From positions 62,001 through 126,000 of IMG/VR virus record IMGVR_UViG_3300036781_000418: DNA of 64,000 nt; one strand, given 5' to 3'. The translations under genes and the position numbers were made by a program. Positions within the stretch are counted from its first letter, which is position 1; the number at the start of each line of letters is the position of its first letter. Below, piece by piece: positions 28,669 through 37,888 of the stretch. The notes under the pieces were generated by a model that was given only the letters and a program-made list of their open reading frames with translations, made no database searches and was not told where the DNA came from.

Positions 28669-28701
28669 AAATAGCTCTGTAGTTGAACACAGAGCTATTT
28701 A
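28669..28701 (-). promoter_or_regulatory. Late promoter TAAATA within a 12-bp hairpin upstream of the endonuclease
   Basis: AAATAGCTCTGT (28669-28680) pairs with ACAGAGCTATTT (28689-28700). TAAATA at 28696-28701. Confidence 0.7.
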
Positions 28702-28724
28702 GCGTGGCCGGCAGTTATGTGACG

Positions 28725-30440
28725 TCAACTATATTGCAAAAGGTCCTTCCAGTTCGGTGCGCCCGAACGGAGGATGTCCATGCCCTTGGTAAACTCACGC
28801 ATGGTGACTTGGTCGAACACGCCTTCCGCGTGCTGCTTGATCAGCGCGTCAAGCAGCTCTTCCTTCCGCTCAATCGACACGTCGGTGCCACCAAGGGTTG
28901 GGAGGATCGAGCGCATGCGAATGAGAATCTGTTCAGGCGTCATCGTCATGTCGATCTTCGCTGAACGTGACAGGATGGCGGTGTCAAACTCCGACTTCTT
29001 CAAGTTGGAGATGAAGATCACACGGCCCGTGAACTCGAACGACGATGGGAACTTGATCTTGTCTGGGGACATCGACGTGGCCTTGGCGGCCGCCTTCTCC
29101 TTGGCCCGCAGTTGACGTGGCGTAAGGTCCTCGTCGTCCTCTTCATCTTCAGGTGGTGGCGCCTTAGCCGTCTCACCGTTCAAGTCACGATCGATCTGGG
29201 TGTAGAGCTCTTCACGTCGATCATGCGACATCTTAGAGACGTTGATCGTCTGGTTGGAGACCCAGGAAATTTCACGCACCGGCGATGTGTCAAGGGCGGC
29301 CTTCAGAATGTTCGTTGCATCCTCGTTGCCCCACATAGAGTCCAAGTCGTCGAAGATGACGAGGCCGCTCTTGCGGTACATAAACAGCGTCTCGTAGATC
29401 TTGATTGGGGACGCCTTGCCTGACAGCTTCTGGTAGTCCTCACCCTTCACCAAACCGTTGTGCTCGACCGTCTGCATGATGGTGTACGTTTTGCCGGTAC
29501 CTGGACCACCGTAGACGATCAGCGAACGAAGGGAACCACGGCAGGCCATCTCCACGAGCTGGGCCATGTGGCCGTATAGGGTCGCTGGGTCCTTCAGTTC
29601 ATCGGGAGTGGCTCCCTTCTGCATGGAGTTCTGAATCTGCTTGTACAGGGCCTGGGCTTCCGGCACGTCGGCCGCCGGAAGGAAGCGCTTCGTGGTTGGA
29701 TCCTGCGCGGTCACCTTGATGTAGAGGATCTTACCGCCGGCCACGGCGACCTTTGAGCCCTTATCATCGACGTCGATCACGTCCTTGACTTCGTCGTCCT
29801 TAGACGACTTCGGCTCAACCTTCGTGTCCTTGGACGTCACGTCCTCAGCGGCGCCAGGTTCTGAGTTCCACTTACCGCGACCGATCTTCTGGCTGCGAAT
29901 GTAGGCTGGAATCAACACGTCGTTCTTGTCGGCACACGCCTTGATCTGCTCCCACGTAACGCTCGACGCTCCAGACTTGCCGTACATCGCGACCATCATG
30001 TCGTAGAACTTGTCGGAGCCGACACGTGACGCCATCTCGTCAAGCTGAATCGTCTCGTTCATCGCGTTAACGGCGACTCGGCCCACCTTAGGGGCCTTGA
30101 TGAGCTTCGCGATCTCGTTGAAGGAGCCTAGCACCGTGGCCGATTCGAGGTCGCTGACGTTGATCGTGTGAGCCGGACCGTGGTTAGTGGCGAAGTGGTC
30201 CCAGACGTCGATGTTCGTCAGGTGACCGCCCTTAGCACGTAGTCGAAAGGCACGGGTTCCGAAGATGAACAGGTAGCCGAGCTCACCACCAAGGTGCTCC
30301 ACACCCTTCTTACCACCGTAGCGGTAGACGGAGGTACCAAGTACCTTCGGTATGCGTCGGGCGAAGACTGAAACCAGTCGTTCAATGTTGTCGTCGTTGA
30401 CGGTAGCCTCAACGAGGTAGGAGGCGAAGTTGATTTTCAT
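28725..30440 (-). CDS. P-loop AAA-type ATPase with a long N-terminal region (571 aa)
   Basis: Walker A GGPGTGKT, Walker B VIFDDLD, VIFISN sensor region and ILSRS arginine-finger-like motif. MKINFASYLVEA leader. TAAATA at 30466-30471. Confidence 0.85.
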   Translation of the reverse strand: MKINFASYLVEATVNDDNIERLVSVFARRIPKVLGTSVYRYGGKKGVEHLGGELGYLFIFGTRAFRLRAKGGHLTNIDVWDHFATNHGPAHTINVSDLESATVLGSFNEIAKLIKAPKVGRVAVNAMNETIQLDEMASRVGSDKFYDMMVAMYGKSGASSVTWEQIKACADKNDVLIPAYIRSQKIGRGKWNSEPGAAEDVTSKDTKVEPKSSKDDEVKDVIDVDDKGSKVAVAGGKILYIKVTAQDPTTKRFLPAADVPEAQALYKQIQNSMQKGATPDELKDPATLYGHMAQLVEMACRGSLRSLIVYGGPGTGKTYTIMQTVEHNGLVKGEDYQKLSGKASPIKIYETLFMYRKSGLVIFDDLDSMWGNEDATNILKAALDTSPVREISWVSNQTINVSKMSHDRREELYTQIDRDLNGETAKAPPPEDEEDDEDLTPRQLRAKEKAAAKATSMSPDKIKFPSSFEFTGRVIFISNLKKSEFDTAILSRSAKIDMTMTPEQILIRMRSILPTLGGTDVSIERKEELLDALIKQHAEGVFDQVTMREFTKGMDILRSGAPNWKDLLQYS

Positions 30441-30495
30441 TTGTTCTGCTTGGCGGACGATGTGGTATTTACATGGCGCTCGAGGTGCGGATGCG

Positions 30496-30518
30496 AAAAA
30501 GGCTCCCCGAAGGGAGCC
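30496..30518 (-). terminator. Rho-independent terminator after the tail tube gene
   Basis: GGCTCCC-TTCG-GGGAGCC followed by TTTTT on the minus strand. Confidence 0.85.
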
Positions 30519-30538
30519 GATCGCTTGGGAGCAGAAGC

Positions 30539-31135
30539 TTAACCGGCGACGTTACCGCCGAGTGCCGTACCGTAACCGTCACCGGTAACGATGTTGCGCA
30601 CGTGGTCGAAGCGAAGCGTCAGGGAGATCGTGACGGCGCCGGAGTCGGCGTAGTCAAGATCACCGAACTCAGCGGCCGAGATGAACACGCCTTCAAAGAT
30701 CCAGGTAGAGGTCACGCCTTCGTCACCGTCCAACTGTTCGATCTTCATACCAAACTTGTAGTCCGAGCCCGTTGCCGCGGTGTTCAACCAGCGACCGTCA
30801 AGGTCGACACCAACCAGGCGTTGCTGGGTTTCCAGCTGTCCGGTGATGACCTTCTTGGCGAGGCCGGTGATGTCGTCTTCAACGACCATCGAGGTGGTGG
30901 ACCAGGTGTACTTGCCTGCGACGTAGGACGTCGAGTTGTAGCGGTTGATCTGAACGTTTTCGAATTCAAGCTGTGGCAGGTTGACGGTGGTGGCCTGCAT
31001 TGTCAGGTTACGAGAGTTCGTACCCGACACCAGACGGCCCATGTCCAGGAACGTCACACGCCACTTGTTCTTCATCTGTGGGTGGAGGTGTCCTGAGAAG
31101 CCGCCGGCGATACCGAAGTTGGCTAGAGTTGCCAT
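30539..31135 (-). CDS. gp19: Tail tube protein (198 aa)
   Basis: Follows the sheath gene. Tube fold pattern WRVTF...VNLPQLEFENVQI.RYNS.SYVAGKYTW.....VEDD and W.FEG.F.....GDLDY. TAAATA at 31164-31169. Confidence 0.88.
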   Translation of the reverse strand: MATLANFGIAGGFSGHLHPQMKNKWRVTFLDMGRLVSGTNSRNLTMQATTVNLPQLEFENVQINRYNSTSYVAGKYTWSTTSMVVEDDITGLAKKVITGQLETQQRLVGVDLDGRWLNTAATGSDYKFGMKIEQLDGDEGVTSTWIFEGVFISAAEFGDLDYADSGAVTISLTLRFDHVRNIVTGDGYGTALGGNVAG

Positions 31136-31182
31136 TGTTTCTCCTAATTAGAGTGCTTACGCCTATTTAGAGCGCGTACCCG

Positions 31183-31211
31183 AAAGACGTGGGAGGGGTT
31201 TCCTCCCACGT
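31183..31211 (-). terminator. Hairpin terminator after the tail sheath gene
   Basis: 10-bp stem 31187-31196/31202-31211 followed by CTTT, immediately after the stop codon. Confidence 0.65.
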
Positions 31212-31214
31212 TCA

Positions 31215-33062
31215 TCAGATGTCGGCGCCAGTCGTCAGCACGTTGATGGTCACGTAGATGAATTCAGCCGCCTTGGTAGGCTTGATGTAGACGTCTAGGT
31301 ACAGCTCGTTGCGGTCGATGCGATCCGGCGTGTTGTTCGTCGTGTCGCAGATCGAGGCGAAGTCGTACAGACCGCGCTTGGTCAAGATGTCGTTCAGCTG
31401 ACCGTCGGCCGCGGCCTTCAGGTTGTCACGAGTCTGTTGGTCGTTCGGTTCGAAGACGAACGGCAGGGAACCCTTACGCAGTGCACGACGGAGGTACATG
31501 ATCAGACGAGCGACGTTGATGCGGTCCAACGCTGAAGCCACAGGGGCGGACGTCTTCTGACCGAACACCAGGATACCACGGCCAATGATGTACGTGATTG
31601 GGTTGATGTTCTTGTCGTATTCGTACAGGTTGTCACGTTGACCGTCGTTCAGCGTCGCTTCCACGAAGGTGGTGGCGGTGCCAAGGGTACCGGTGATGTA
31701 GCCCATGTTCGAAACACCAGACACGACGCCACGTTGGGTGCCAGCTGGCGCGATCCAAACGTAGGCCTGCGAGTCCGAGAACGCGATCGTGCGAAGTGCA
31801 ATGCCCGAAGGAGCGCACAGGACGTTCGTGCCGTCGATGTTTGAAGCCAGACCCCATGAGTAGTAGTACGCGACGTTTTCGTTCACCACGCGGTCTGAGG
31901 TCAGGGCCCACTGGGCGACCTGTTCAGGCGTCATGTTGGACGGTGCGTCGGCAACGACCATGGCTTCTGACTTTACGTCAACGCTGAGCGCGGCGAGTTC
32001 GTCGGTAGTTTCCCAGTAACCAGGGCAGGCGGTCAGGTTGAACTCGTACAGGTCCGAACGAACTTCCGTGTTGGAGTTGATCGACGCTTGCAGGGCCGTG
32101 ACGATGGCGAGGCGGCGTGCCGCGTCGTTTGCACCGAGTGGGTTGCTGATCGTGACCGTCGAAACCGTGATCGTGAAGTCGTCGCCAGCCACAAACGGCA
32201 CGGAGCCGGAGGACAGCAGGAAGTTCACACGGTTGTTGTCGAACGCGGAACCGACCACACCAGTACCAGCGGAGCCGGAGACCGTGCCGGAGACCGAGAA
32301 GGCCGTTGGGGAGGTCATGGTGACCGTCAACGTTTCAGGCACAGCGAGCGTGTCTGGGACGAGACCGGAGATCAAGCCGTTGCCGGTGTTAGCCGAGTCA
32401 GGCAGCGCGGCGTAGGCCACGTTGAAGATGAACTTGTCACCCGAGGCGAACGCGGTGGAACCAGCTGAGATGGTGAAGGCGATCGAGGTGGACGCGAAGG
32501 CGATACCCACAACACCTGTACCGACGTAGCCAGTAGTCGAACCTTGAACTGAATAGTTCGTGGACGACGTGAAGGTCACCGTGAACTGCTGCGGCTTGAC
32601 GGCGTTTGAGTAGGCCGTGACGGCGCTCAAGGTGCCGTTGCCGATGCCGTTGTAGACGAGTGAAGCCGCTTGGTACGCTGGGGTGCCAAGGCTGATGAAC
32701 GTCTCTGGGGTGTCGTCAAGGTCGATGTTGGCGCGAACCACGTAGGCACGAGTGCCAGTTCCAAGGAACTGGTTCAGCGCAAACAGGCCGTATTCGTTGC
32801 GAGCGTCACCATGGAACTGGTTGCCCGACGAGTCGGCGACGAAGTATGGAACTCCGTACAGTTCAAGGGCTTGGGACACGCTGGTGACCGTCCGAACGAC
32901 GCCGTATTCTTGGGTACCGGCCGCAGGGGTAATGCCGTCAGCCTGCGTCTTGTTCGCACGGGTAGCGATGAAGAACAGTGGCAGTGTCGAAGCGGTGCCT
33001 GGAATAAAGAAGCTCTGGTTGTTTACCGATGTGGAAACTCCAGGGGATACCAATGTAGGCAT
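31215..33062 (-). CDS. gp18: Tail sheath protein (615 aa)
   Basis: MPTLVSPGV start, WIAPAGTQRG, RDNLYE...INPI, GQKT......LDRINVARL, FVFEPND..TR and DRNELY.D.YIKPTKAAEFI. TAAATA at 33114-33119. Confidence 0.95.
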   Translation of the reverse strand: MPTLVSPGVSTSVNNQSFFIPGTASTLPLFFIATRANKTQADGITPAAGTQEYGVVRTVTSVSQALELYGVPYFVADSSGNQFHGDARNEYGLFALNQFLGTGTRAYVVRANIDLDDTPETFISLGTPAYQAASLVYNGIGNGTLSAVTAYSNAVKPQQFTVTFTSSTNYSVQGSTTGYVGTGVVGIAFASTSIAFTISAGSTAFASGDKFIFNVAYAALPDSANTGNGLISGLVPDTLAVPETLTVTMTSPTAFSVSGTVSGSAGTGVVGSAFDNNRVNFLLSSGSVPFVAGDDFTITVSTVTISNPLGANDAARRLAIVTALQASINSNTEVRSDLYEFNLTACPGYWETTDELAALSVDVKSEAMVVADAPSNMTPEQVAQWALTSDRVVNENVAYYYSWGLASNIDGTNVLCAPSGIALRTIAFSDSQAYVWIAPAGTQRGVVSGVSNMGYITGTLGTATTFVEATLNDGQRDNLYEYDKNINPITYIIGRGILVFGQKTSAPVASALDRINVARLIMYLRRALRKGSLPFVFEPNDQQTRDNLKAAADGQLNDILTKRGLYDFASICDTTNNTPDRIDRNELYLDVYIKPTKAAEFIYVTINVLTTGADI

Positions 33063-33130
33063 TATTTTCTCTCCTGTGATGGATCCTTTACGGATCCGGT
33101 GCTAATCTCTGGGTATTTATGACCCGCTTG

Positions 33131-33159
33131 GAAAGACGGCACGTTTCGTGGCCTCTTTC
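33131..33159 (-). terminator. Probable terminator after the amidoligase gene
   Basis: Imperfect stem GAAAGAGGCCACG-AAA-CGTGCCGTCTTTC directly after the stop at 33164. Confidence 0.5.
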
Positions 33160-33163
33160 AGGT

Positions 33164-34348
33164 TCATGTCTTCTTAGCCGCCGCCTGCGCTTTTAGGGCC
33201 AGGGCGTCCTCCAATGGGATTCCAGCTTTCGCGATCAACTTGGTCACCTTCTTCAGGTATTCGTTGCGGTACAGTTCAGGCGTCGTGGCGATCTTCAACG
33301 CCTCCAACCAGCGGCCAAGTTGCTCCAGCAGGAGCTCCTCTTCATGGTGGTAGTCAGCACCACCCGCGACTCTGAACTCCAGGTACCCGTCGGCCAGCTT
33401 ACTGAGGTTTACGGAGCTGTATTTACCAGACTGCTTCAGGATTTCCCGTGCCTCGTCCATCACCACCTTGACGTCACGCGCCCCAGCTCCAGTACCGATC
33501 GCCTTTATCAGCCGCTTGGCGTGCGGTACGGCTACGTTGGAGAACAGTCGGTTGAACTGCTTCAGCGCGTGCTCCTCGCCCATGAACAGGACCAGCTTCA
33601 GTGGATCCAGTTGGTTGAGGTTTGGGATGGAGATGTTGACGTGTACTCCAGTGCTTGAGTTCGTCTGGAACTTGGCCTTGGAGAAGAAGGCAAAGCATGT
33701 CCTCATGGTCGCGATAGCCTCCTTGGCGGGCAGTGGGGCGGTGACAATTTCAAGTCCAACACCTCGTTTATCTTCTGGCTTAATGGACGAATCTTCAACG
33801 ATCTTCCAGTCTTTAATTCCATGGTCATCGAGCTTGAAGTAAACGCCTAGCTTATCACCCAACGCGAAACCAACGCTCTTGGCGGTCTCCCAGAAGGCAT
33901 GGTGCTGATCGAGGTTGGCCTCAACCTTGTAGACCTCGTGGTGACTGGCGTCGGTGAAGCCAAACTTTGGGTCAAGGCGATGCTTCTTTACAAGCTCAAA
34001 CACCGAGCCGTAGGCGTCGTTGATCCATGCATTTTCATCTGGCTGTTCAAATTCATCTGGGTCACCTTTGTGCTCAGCTCGTCGATCTTCAACCCAGTAG
34101 TCGAACTCGCGCTCTAGCTTTTGGTGTTCAGCTCGCGACAGGGTGAAGTACTCGGCGATGATGTAGTAGTCGTCCGAGTCTAGGTCGATCGACGCGGGCG
34201 GTTCATCGTCACCATGGGCTTGAAAGAACGGTGAGTTTTCCGGTACGACCACCTCAAACTCGAAGCCAACGTGGGCGTTGGATTGGTCGATGCCGGAGGT
34301 GAGGGTCTTGGCGCTCATGGAGCGCTCGAAGAGGACGTCTAGTTTCAT
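33164..34348 (-). CDS. Putative amidoligase (COOH-NH2 ligase, Amidoligase_2-like) with CTS-like leader (394 aa)
   Basis: HVGFEFE, W.IVEDSSI, GLEIVT.P, NSSTGVHVNIS, KYSSVN and YLEFR motifs. MKLDVLFER start. Confidence 0.85.
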   Translation of the reverse strand: MKLDVLFERSMSAKTLTSGIDQSNAHVGFEFEVVVPENSPFFQAHGDDEPPASIDLDSDDYYIIAEYFTLSRAEHQKLEREFDYWVEDRRAEHKGDPDEFEQPDENAWINDAYGSVFELVKKHRLDPKFGFTDASHHEVYKVEANLDQHHAFWETAKSVGFALGDKLGVYFKLDDHGIKDWKIVEDSSIKPEDKRGVGLEIVTAPLPAKEAIATMRTCFAFFSKAKFQTNSSTGVHVNISIPNLNQLDPLKLVLFMGEEHALKQFNRLFSNVAVPHAKRLIKAIGTGAGARDVKVVMDEAREILKQSGKYSSVNLSKLADGYLEFRVAGGADYHHEEELLLEQLGRWLEALKIATTPELYRNEYLKKVTKLIAKAGIPLEDALALKAQAAAKKT

Positions 34349-35127
34349 ACTGGAAGTGGGAAGTCGCTGACTGGGCCTTCAGGCGGTCGGTCGGTAATCT
34401 CAAACTGGGCGACCGTCGTGGAGAACGGAATAACGGAGCCGTCGTCCGCAATTTCCTGGATGCCGCCGTTGTCGATACCGATGGACACGATGATCTTGCG
34501 GACCAAGTCGTCCTTAACGCCCATTGGAATGCTCAACCAGATCGGCACGTCGAACGTGAACGTCCAGACAAGGTTCCGACGATCGGTCGAGGACGGGTAG
34601 TTTTCTTCGTTGGCGATGTCGACGAGCTCGACCTTGGTGATCGTTGTCCAGTCCCACTCCGCGTCGTTCTTCTGAATCTGCAGGTCGGGGTTGAACAGGA
34701 CGAGCAGCTGTTCCAGGATCTGGTGCAGCTGCTGGGTGTTGGACGCGAAGACCGCCAGCTCCATGCGCATGTTGTACGGAATCGGCATGGCGCGCTTAAT
34801 GGTCGTCAGGTCGTCAGGGAAGACGCCACCCACCTTCATCGTCACCTTCTGGTCAACGTAGGACGGTGCCTTCCGGCGTTCAGGGGCCAGCTCAATGGAC
34901 GACATGTAGGCGGACATGATCGGCACGCTGAACACGCGGTTCTGGGTGTTACCCGCCATGATCGCCGCGACGACGCGGTCCTTGTTCCCGACAACGCAGG
35001 GCACCGAGATGAACTGGGCCTCGTCACACTCACCCTTGCCCGTCATGACCTGCAGTCCGTTGAAGATGTTGCAGAACTGCAGGATGTAGGCGCGTAGCTG
35101 TTCGTTGTAGAAATAGTGGGTGATCAT
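34345..35127 (-). CDS. gp15: Tail completion/sheath stabiliser, gp15-like (260 aa)
   Basis: HYFYNEQLRAYILQF..IF, VP...G...R, P.MS, P.PYNM.MEL.VF..N..Q..QILEQ.L..FNP signature. Confidence 0.88.
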   Translation of the reverse strand: MITHYFYNEQLRAYILQFCNIFNGLQVMTGKGECDEAQFISVPCVVGNKDRVVAAIMAGNTQNRVFSVPIMSAYMSSIELAPERRKAPSYVDQKVTMKVGGVFPDDLTTIKRAMPIPYNMRMELAVFASNTQQLHQILEQLLVLFNPDLQIQKNDAEWDWTTITKVELVDIANEENYPSSTDRRNLVWTFTFDVPIWLSIPMGVKDDLVRKIIVSIGIDNGGIQEIADDGSVIPFSTTVAQFEITDRPPEGPVSDFPLPV

Positions 35128-35130
35128 GGA

Positions 35131-35472
35131 TTAGTCCTTGTCAAGTTTGTATTTAGACAGCACATCCTGCATTACGACCTTGCCAGGCAGCTGCTTGACC
35201 TTCTCCGCGTGTGCCTTCTGTAGGCGATGAAACCCGTCGATCACGGCCCACTTGTGCTTCCACAGCGCGCAAAGGATTGGGGCAGTTAGGTCGGCGTCGA
35301 CCGTTCGCTCTTCATCACTTGCTTCATCTAGCATCCACTCAAGGTCAGCCACGTTGAAGTAAACGACCGGGTCCTTGTCCACCGCCTTGAAGACCTTGTT
35401 GATGTCGTACTTGACACCATCATGTGTAAAGGAGTCGCCTGGGGTTTCTTGGTAAAGTTCAGTTAGGCGCAT
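35131..35472 (-). CDS. Small ParB/Srx-like domain protein with CTS-like leader (113 aa)
   Basis: ADL..PIL......VIDGFHRL.KA motif. MRLTELYQE start. Confidence 0.7.
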   Translation of the reverse strand: MRLTELYQETPGDSFTHDGVKYDINKVFKAVDKDPVVYFNVADLEWMLDEASDEERTVDADLTAPILCALWKHKWAVIDGFHRLQKAHAEKVKQLPGKVVMQDVLSKYKLDKD

Positions 35473-35473
35473 G

Positions 35474-36007
35474 TTACCACCACTTCAGTTTCTCAAGCTT
35501 TGGCTTGGTGAGCACATCAGTCCAGCCCATGAGCGGCCCAACGTGAACCCTGCTGAGCACGTCGTAGTCTTTATGGTTTGGATAGGTGAAGCGCTCAACG
35601 TAAAGTTTGTCACCAGGTCTATATTTCCAGTTAGGATCTGGTGCCAGCTCTGGTAGGTACTCCTTTAGGAACTTGTGCACTACCTTTCGATAGAGTTCAA
35701 TTTCAAGCTCTAGGTCATCTTCACTTAGGCTTTTTAGGTTCTTGGGTTTCATGCTCACCACTGACTCACGCTCACCGCCAATTGAAATGCGGCTTGGAGA
35801 CGGCTGCGACTTAATCTGTCGAACGTCAGGCTTGATAGCGGCGAACACCTTATCACTGAACTCGGCCGTTCTAGTAGCAAGGTCGATGATCTGATCATAG
35901 TGCTCCTTGAAAAATTTAGGCTCGCAGAGGCAGTGATTGTCGCGCAACCGTGACTTCAAGGCGATAAGCTCATGGTTAACAGCTTCAAGTAGTTGATCAA
36001 GCTTCAT
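35474..36007 (-). CDS. Putative internal head protein with CTS-like leader (177 aa)
   Basis: Start re-assigned to MKLDQLLEA at 36007, giving a 4-nt overlap with the gp14-like stop. More AT-rich than its flanks. Confidence 0.7.
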   Translation of the reverse strand: MKLDQLLEAVNHELIALKSRLRDNHCLCEPKFFKEHYDQIIDLATRTAEFSDKVFAAIKPDVRQIKSQPSPSRISIGGERESVVSMKPKNLKSLSEDDLELEIELYRKVVHKFLKEYLPELAPDPNWKYRPGDKLYVERFTYPNHKDYDVLSRVHVGPLMGWTDVLTKPKLEKLKWW

Positions 36008-37854
36008 GTGATGGTCTTCGAGTTGAGTGGAGTGGTCGTTGTCCGCTCGAAGATCGTCTTCTGCGACGGCTTGTGTGAGCTTGGCGGACGACGCTTTGCG
36101 GTCTCGACGTGGGCCCACATGCCCTTGACGCCGTTGAAGCGGTACAGGCGAGCTGGAATCTTCAAGGCATCTTCGTAGATCAGACGGAAGAACTTGCCGT
36201 CTACTTGGTTGGCTGGATCAGGGAGCTTGAAGCCCTCGGTGTACGGTTGACCATCAGGTGGCAGTGCGTCGGCCACGTAGATCTGATCGCCATCGTAGGA
36301 GCCTGGTGCCTGGAAGCGATTGGCGGCGGAGGCCAGCTCGCGGATGTTGCCACCAGTCTGCGGCCAGGCGGTCTCAGCTTCGGCGGCGACGGCTTCGGCC
36401 GAGGTGAGGGTGTCGGTCTGAATCTGCTTGACACCGTCGAAGAAGGTGCCGTCGTCCACCACGTACTTCTGGGTGTTGACCGTACCGAGCAGGTCGCGGT
36501 GTTCTTGGCCAGGGATGAGCTGTGAGGCTTGGAAGCGGTAGATGATCGGGCGCCAGGTCGTGGTGTAGCCGTCCGCCGCCCATGACGTGTCGATCACCTC
36601 AAGAAACTTACGAACTGGAATGAGGTTGTGGTCATACTGCATGGCGCTTGGCAGCTCCAGCACGTCACCGATGACGATTGGGCGGCCCAACGTCGACACC
36701 ATGGTCGCGTAGGTCGTCGTGAAGATCCACGTGTCGGCGATCTGGAAGCCAAACTTTGATAGGTCGGAGATTGCGTCGAACGGTGTGAAGGCGACCTTGA
36801 TCTGCAGTGACTGCTTGGCGTAGTCGCGGTCGCGGTTCTCCATGAACAGTGGATCTTGGATGTCGTCCAAGCGCGTCACTTGGAAGTCGAACAGCTCGAG
36901 CTTGTCCACTTCCCATGGCTGGTTGCCAATGATGCCGGAGAAGGACGTTGGGACAAGGCGCCAGTAGCGGGTGCCACCCGACTGCTTGATGCGCACGAGC
37001 TGGGGCGCGGGCGAGTCGGCAAGGTTAACCACGTCGACACGGTACCACGACTGCTCGACGAGCAAGGTGAACATGTCGCCGACCGTAAAGGGGGTTGAGC
37101 CAGCGACGAGGTCGAAGCTGCCCAGTTCAGAGACGAAGCGCTGTCCAACGTTCGCGAGACCGACCAAGAAGGTCGACGCACCGGTGAAGAACACCTGAAA
37201 CTGGGTGGTGGACATGGCCATCACCATCATCGAGCCTGAGGCCGAGCGTTGGTCCGCCTTCCAGTTGGTGATGTAGCCGTTGCCGACGCCCGTGTAGGCG
37301 ATCTTGGTTGGGTCGACGTAGAACGACCCGTTGGAGCGCTCTACTCGAACCTGCAGGGCACGGCGCCCTGCAGTTGGTTGGGTGATGCGGAACGACGTGA
37401 TGTGCTGGAGGACTGGGGCCGGTGGACCGTAGGTCTCCTGGCCGTAGGACGTCTTTACCGTGCCAAAGTCGTAGCCCACCCAGGCAGGCGTCGTGACGAC
37501 CGCGATGCCGGTTTGAGGCGACGTCCAGGTGTCCGCCAACGAATCGAACGCGTTTCCGGAGCCGTTGATTGGGTTGCCGTTGCCGACCAAGTCGATCAAC
37601 TTGCCCTGCTCATGGATGCCAAGCAGCTTGAAGACGTTCAGTGGCGCGCCCGAGATGTTCAGGTTTTCCGCCGCCAAGCTTTCCTGGCTGGTGTCGTCGC
37701 CGTTCGTCGTCAGGTCGTCGTCCGCCAAGCAGACGTCCGGTGGAACGTACGGCGTGGTTGGGGTAATCGGAGGCGTGATGCCGCCACCCGGGTTAGTAGG
37801 GTCAAAGAGCGACCCAGCGCCAGCCGGGCAGTCGGTGATTGGTGGATATGGCAT
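36004..37854 (-). CDS. gp14: Neck/head-closure protein, gp14-like, with inserted domains (616 aa)
   Basis: E.LNISGAPLNVFKLLG, DPLFMENRDRDY, DLSKFG and GRPIVIGDVLELP motifs. Adjacent to gp13- and gp15-like genes. Confidence 0.8.
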   Translation of the reverse strand: MPYPPITDCPAGAGSLFDPTNPGGGITPPITPTTPYVPPDVCLADDDLTTNGDDTSQESLAAENLNISGAPLNVFKLLGIHEQGKLIDLVGNGNPINGSGNAFDSLADTWTSPQTGIAVVTTPAWVGYDFGTVKTSYGQETYGPPAPVLQHITSFRITQPTAGRRALQVRVERSNGSFYVDPTKIAYTGVGNGYITNWKADQRSASGSMMVMAMSTTQFQVFFTGASTFLVGLANVGQRFVSELGSFDLVAGSTPFTVGDMFTLLVEQSWYRVDVVNLADSPAPQLVRIKQSGGTRYWRLVPTSFSGIIGNQPWEVDKLELFDFQVTRLDDIQDPLFMENRDRDYAKQSLQIKVAFTPFDAISDLSKFGFQIADTWIFTTTYATMVSTLGRPIVIGDVLELPSAMQYDHNLIPVRKFLEVIDTSWAADGYTTTWRPIIYRFQASQLIPGQEHRDLLGTVNTQKYVVDDGTFFDGVKQIQTDTLTSAEAVAAEAETAWPQTGGNIRELASAANRFQAPGSYDGDQIYVADALPPDGQPYTEGFKLPDPANQVDGKFFRLIYEDALKIPARLYRFNGVKGMWAHVETAKRRPPSSHKPSQKTIFERTTTTPLNSKTIT

Positions 37855-37859
37855 TGAGC

Positions 37860-37884
37860 TAGGCCTGAGTGTCAGGCCTATTTA
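37860..37884 (-). promoter_or_regulatory. Late promoter TAAATA overlapping a 9-bp hairpin
   Basis: TAAATA 37879-37884. Stem TAGGCCTGA/TCAGGCCTA at 37860-37880, just upstream of the ATG at 37854. Confidence 0.65.
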
Positions 37885-37888
37885 CTCA

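Noticed and set aside
35131-35472. ParABS partition system
   Set aside because: No ParA, no DNA-binding HTH and no parS-like repeats are nearby.
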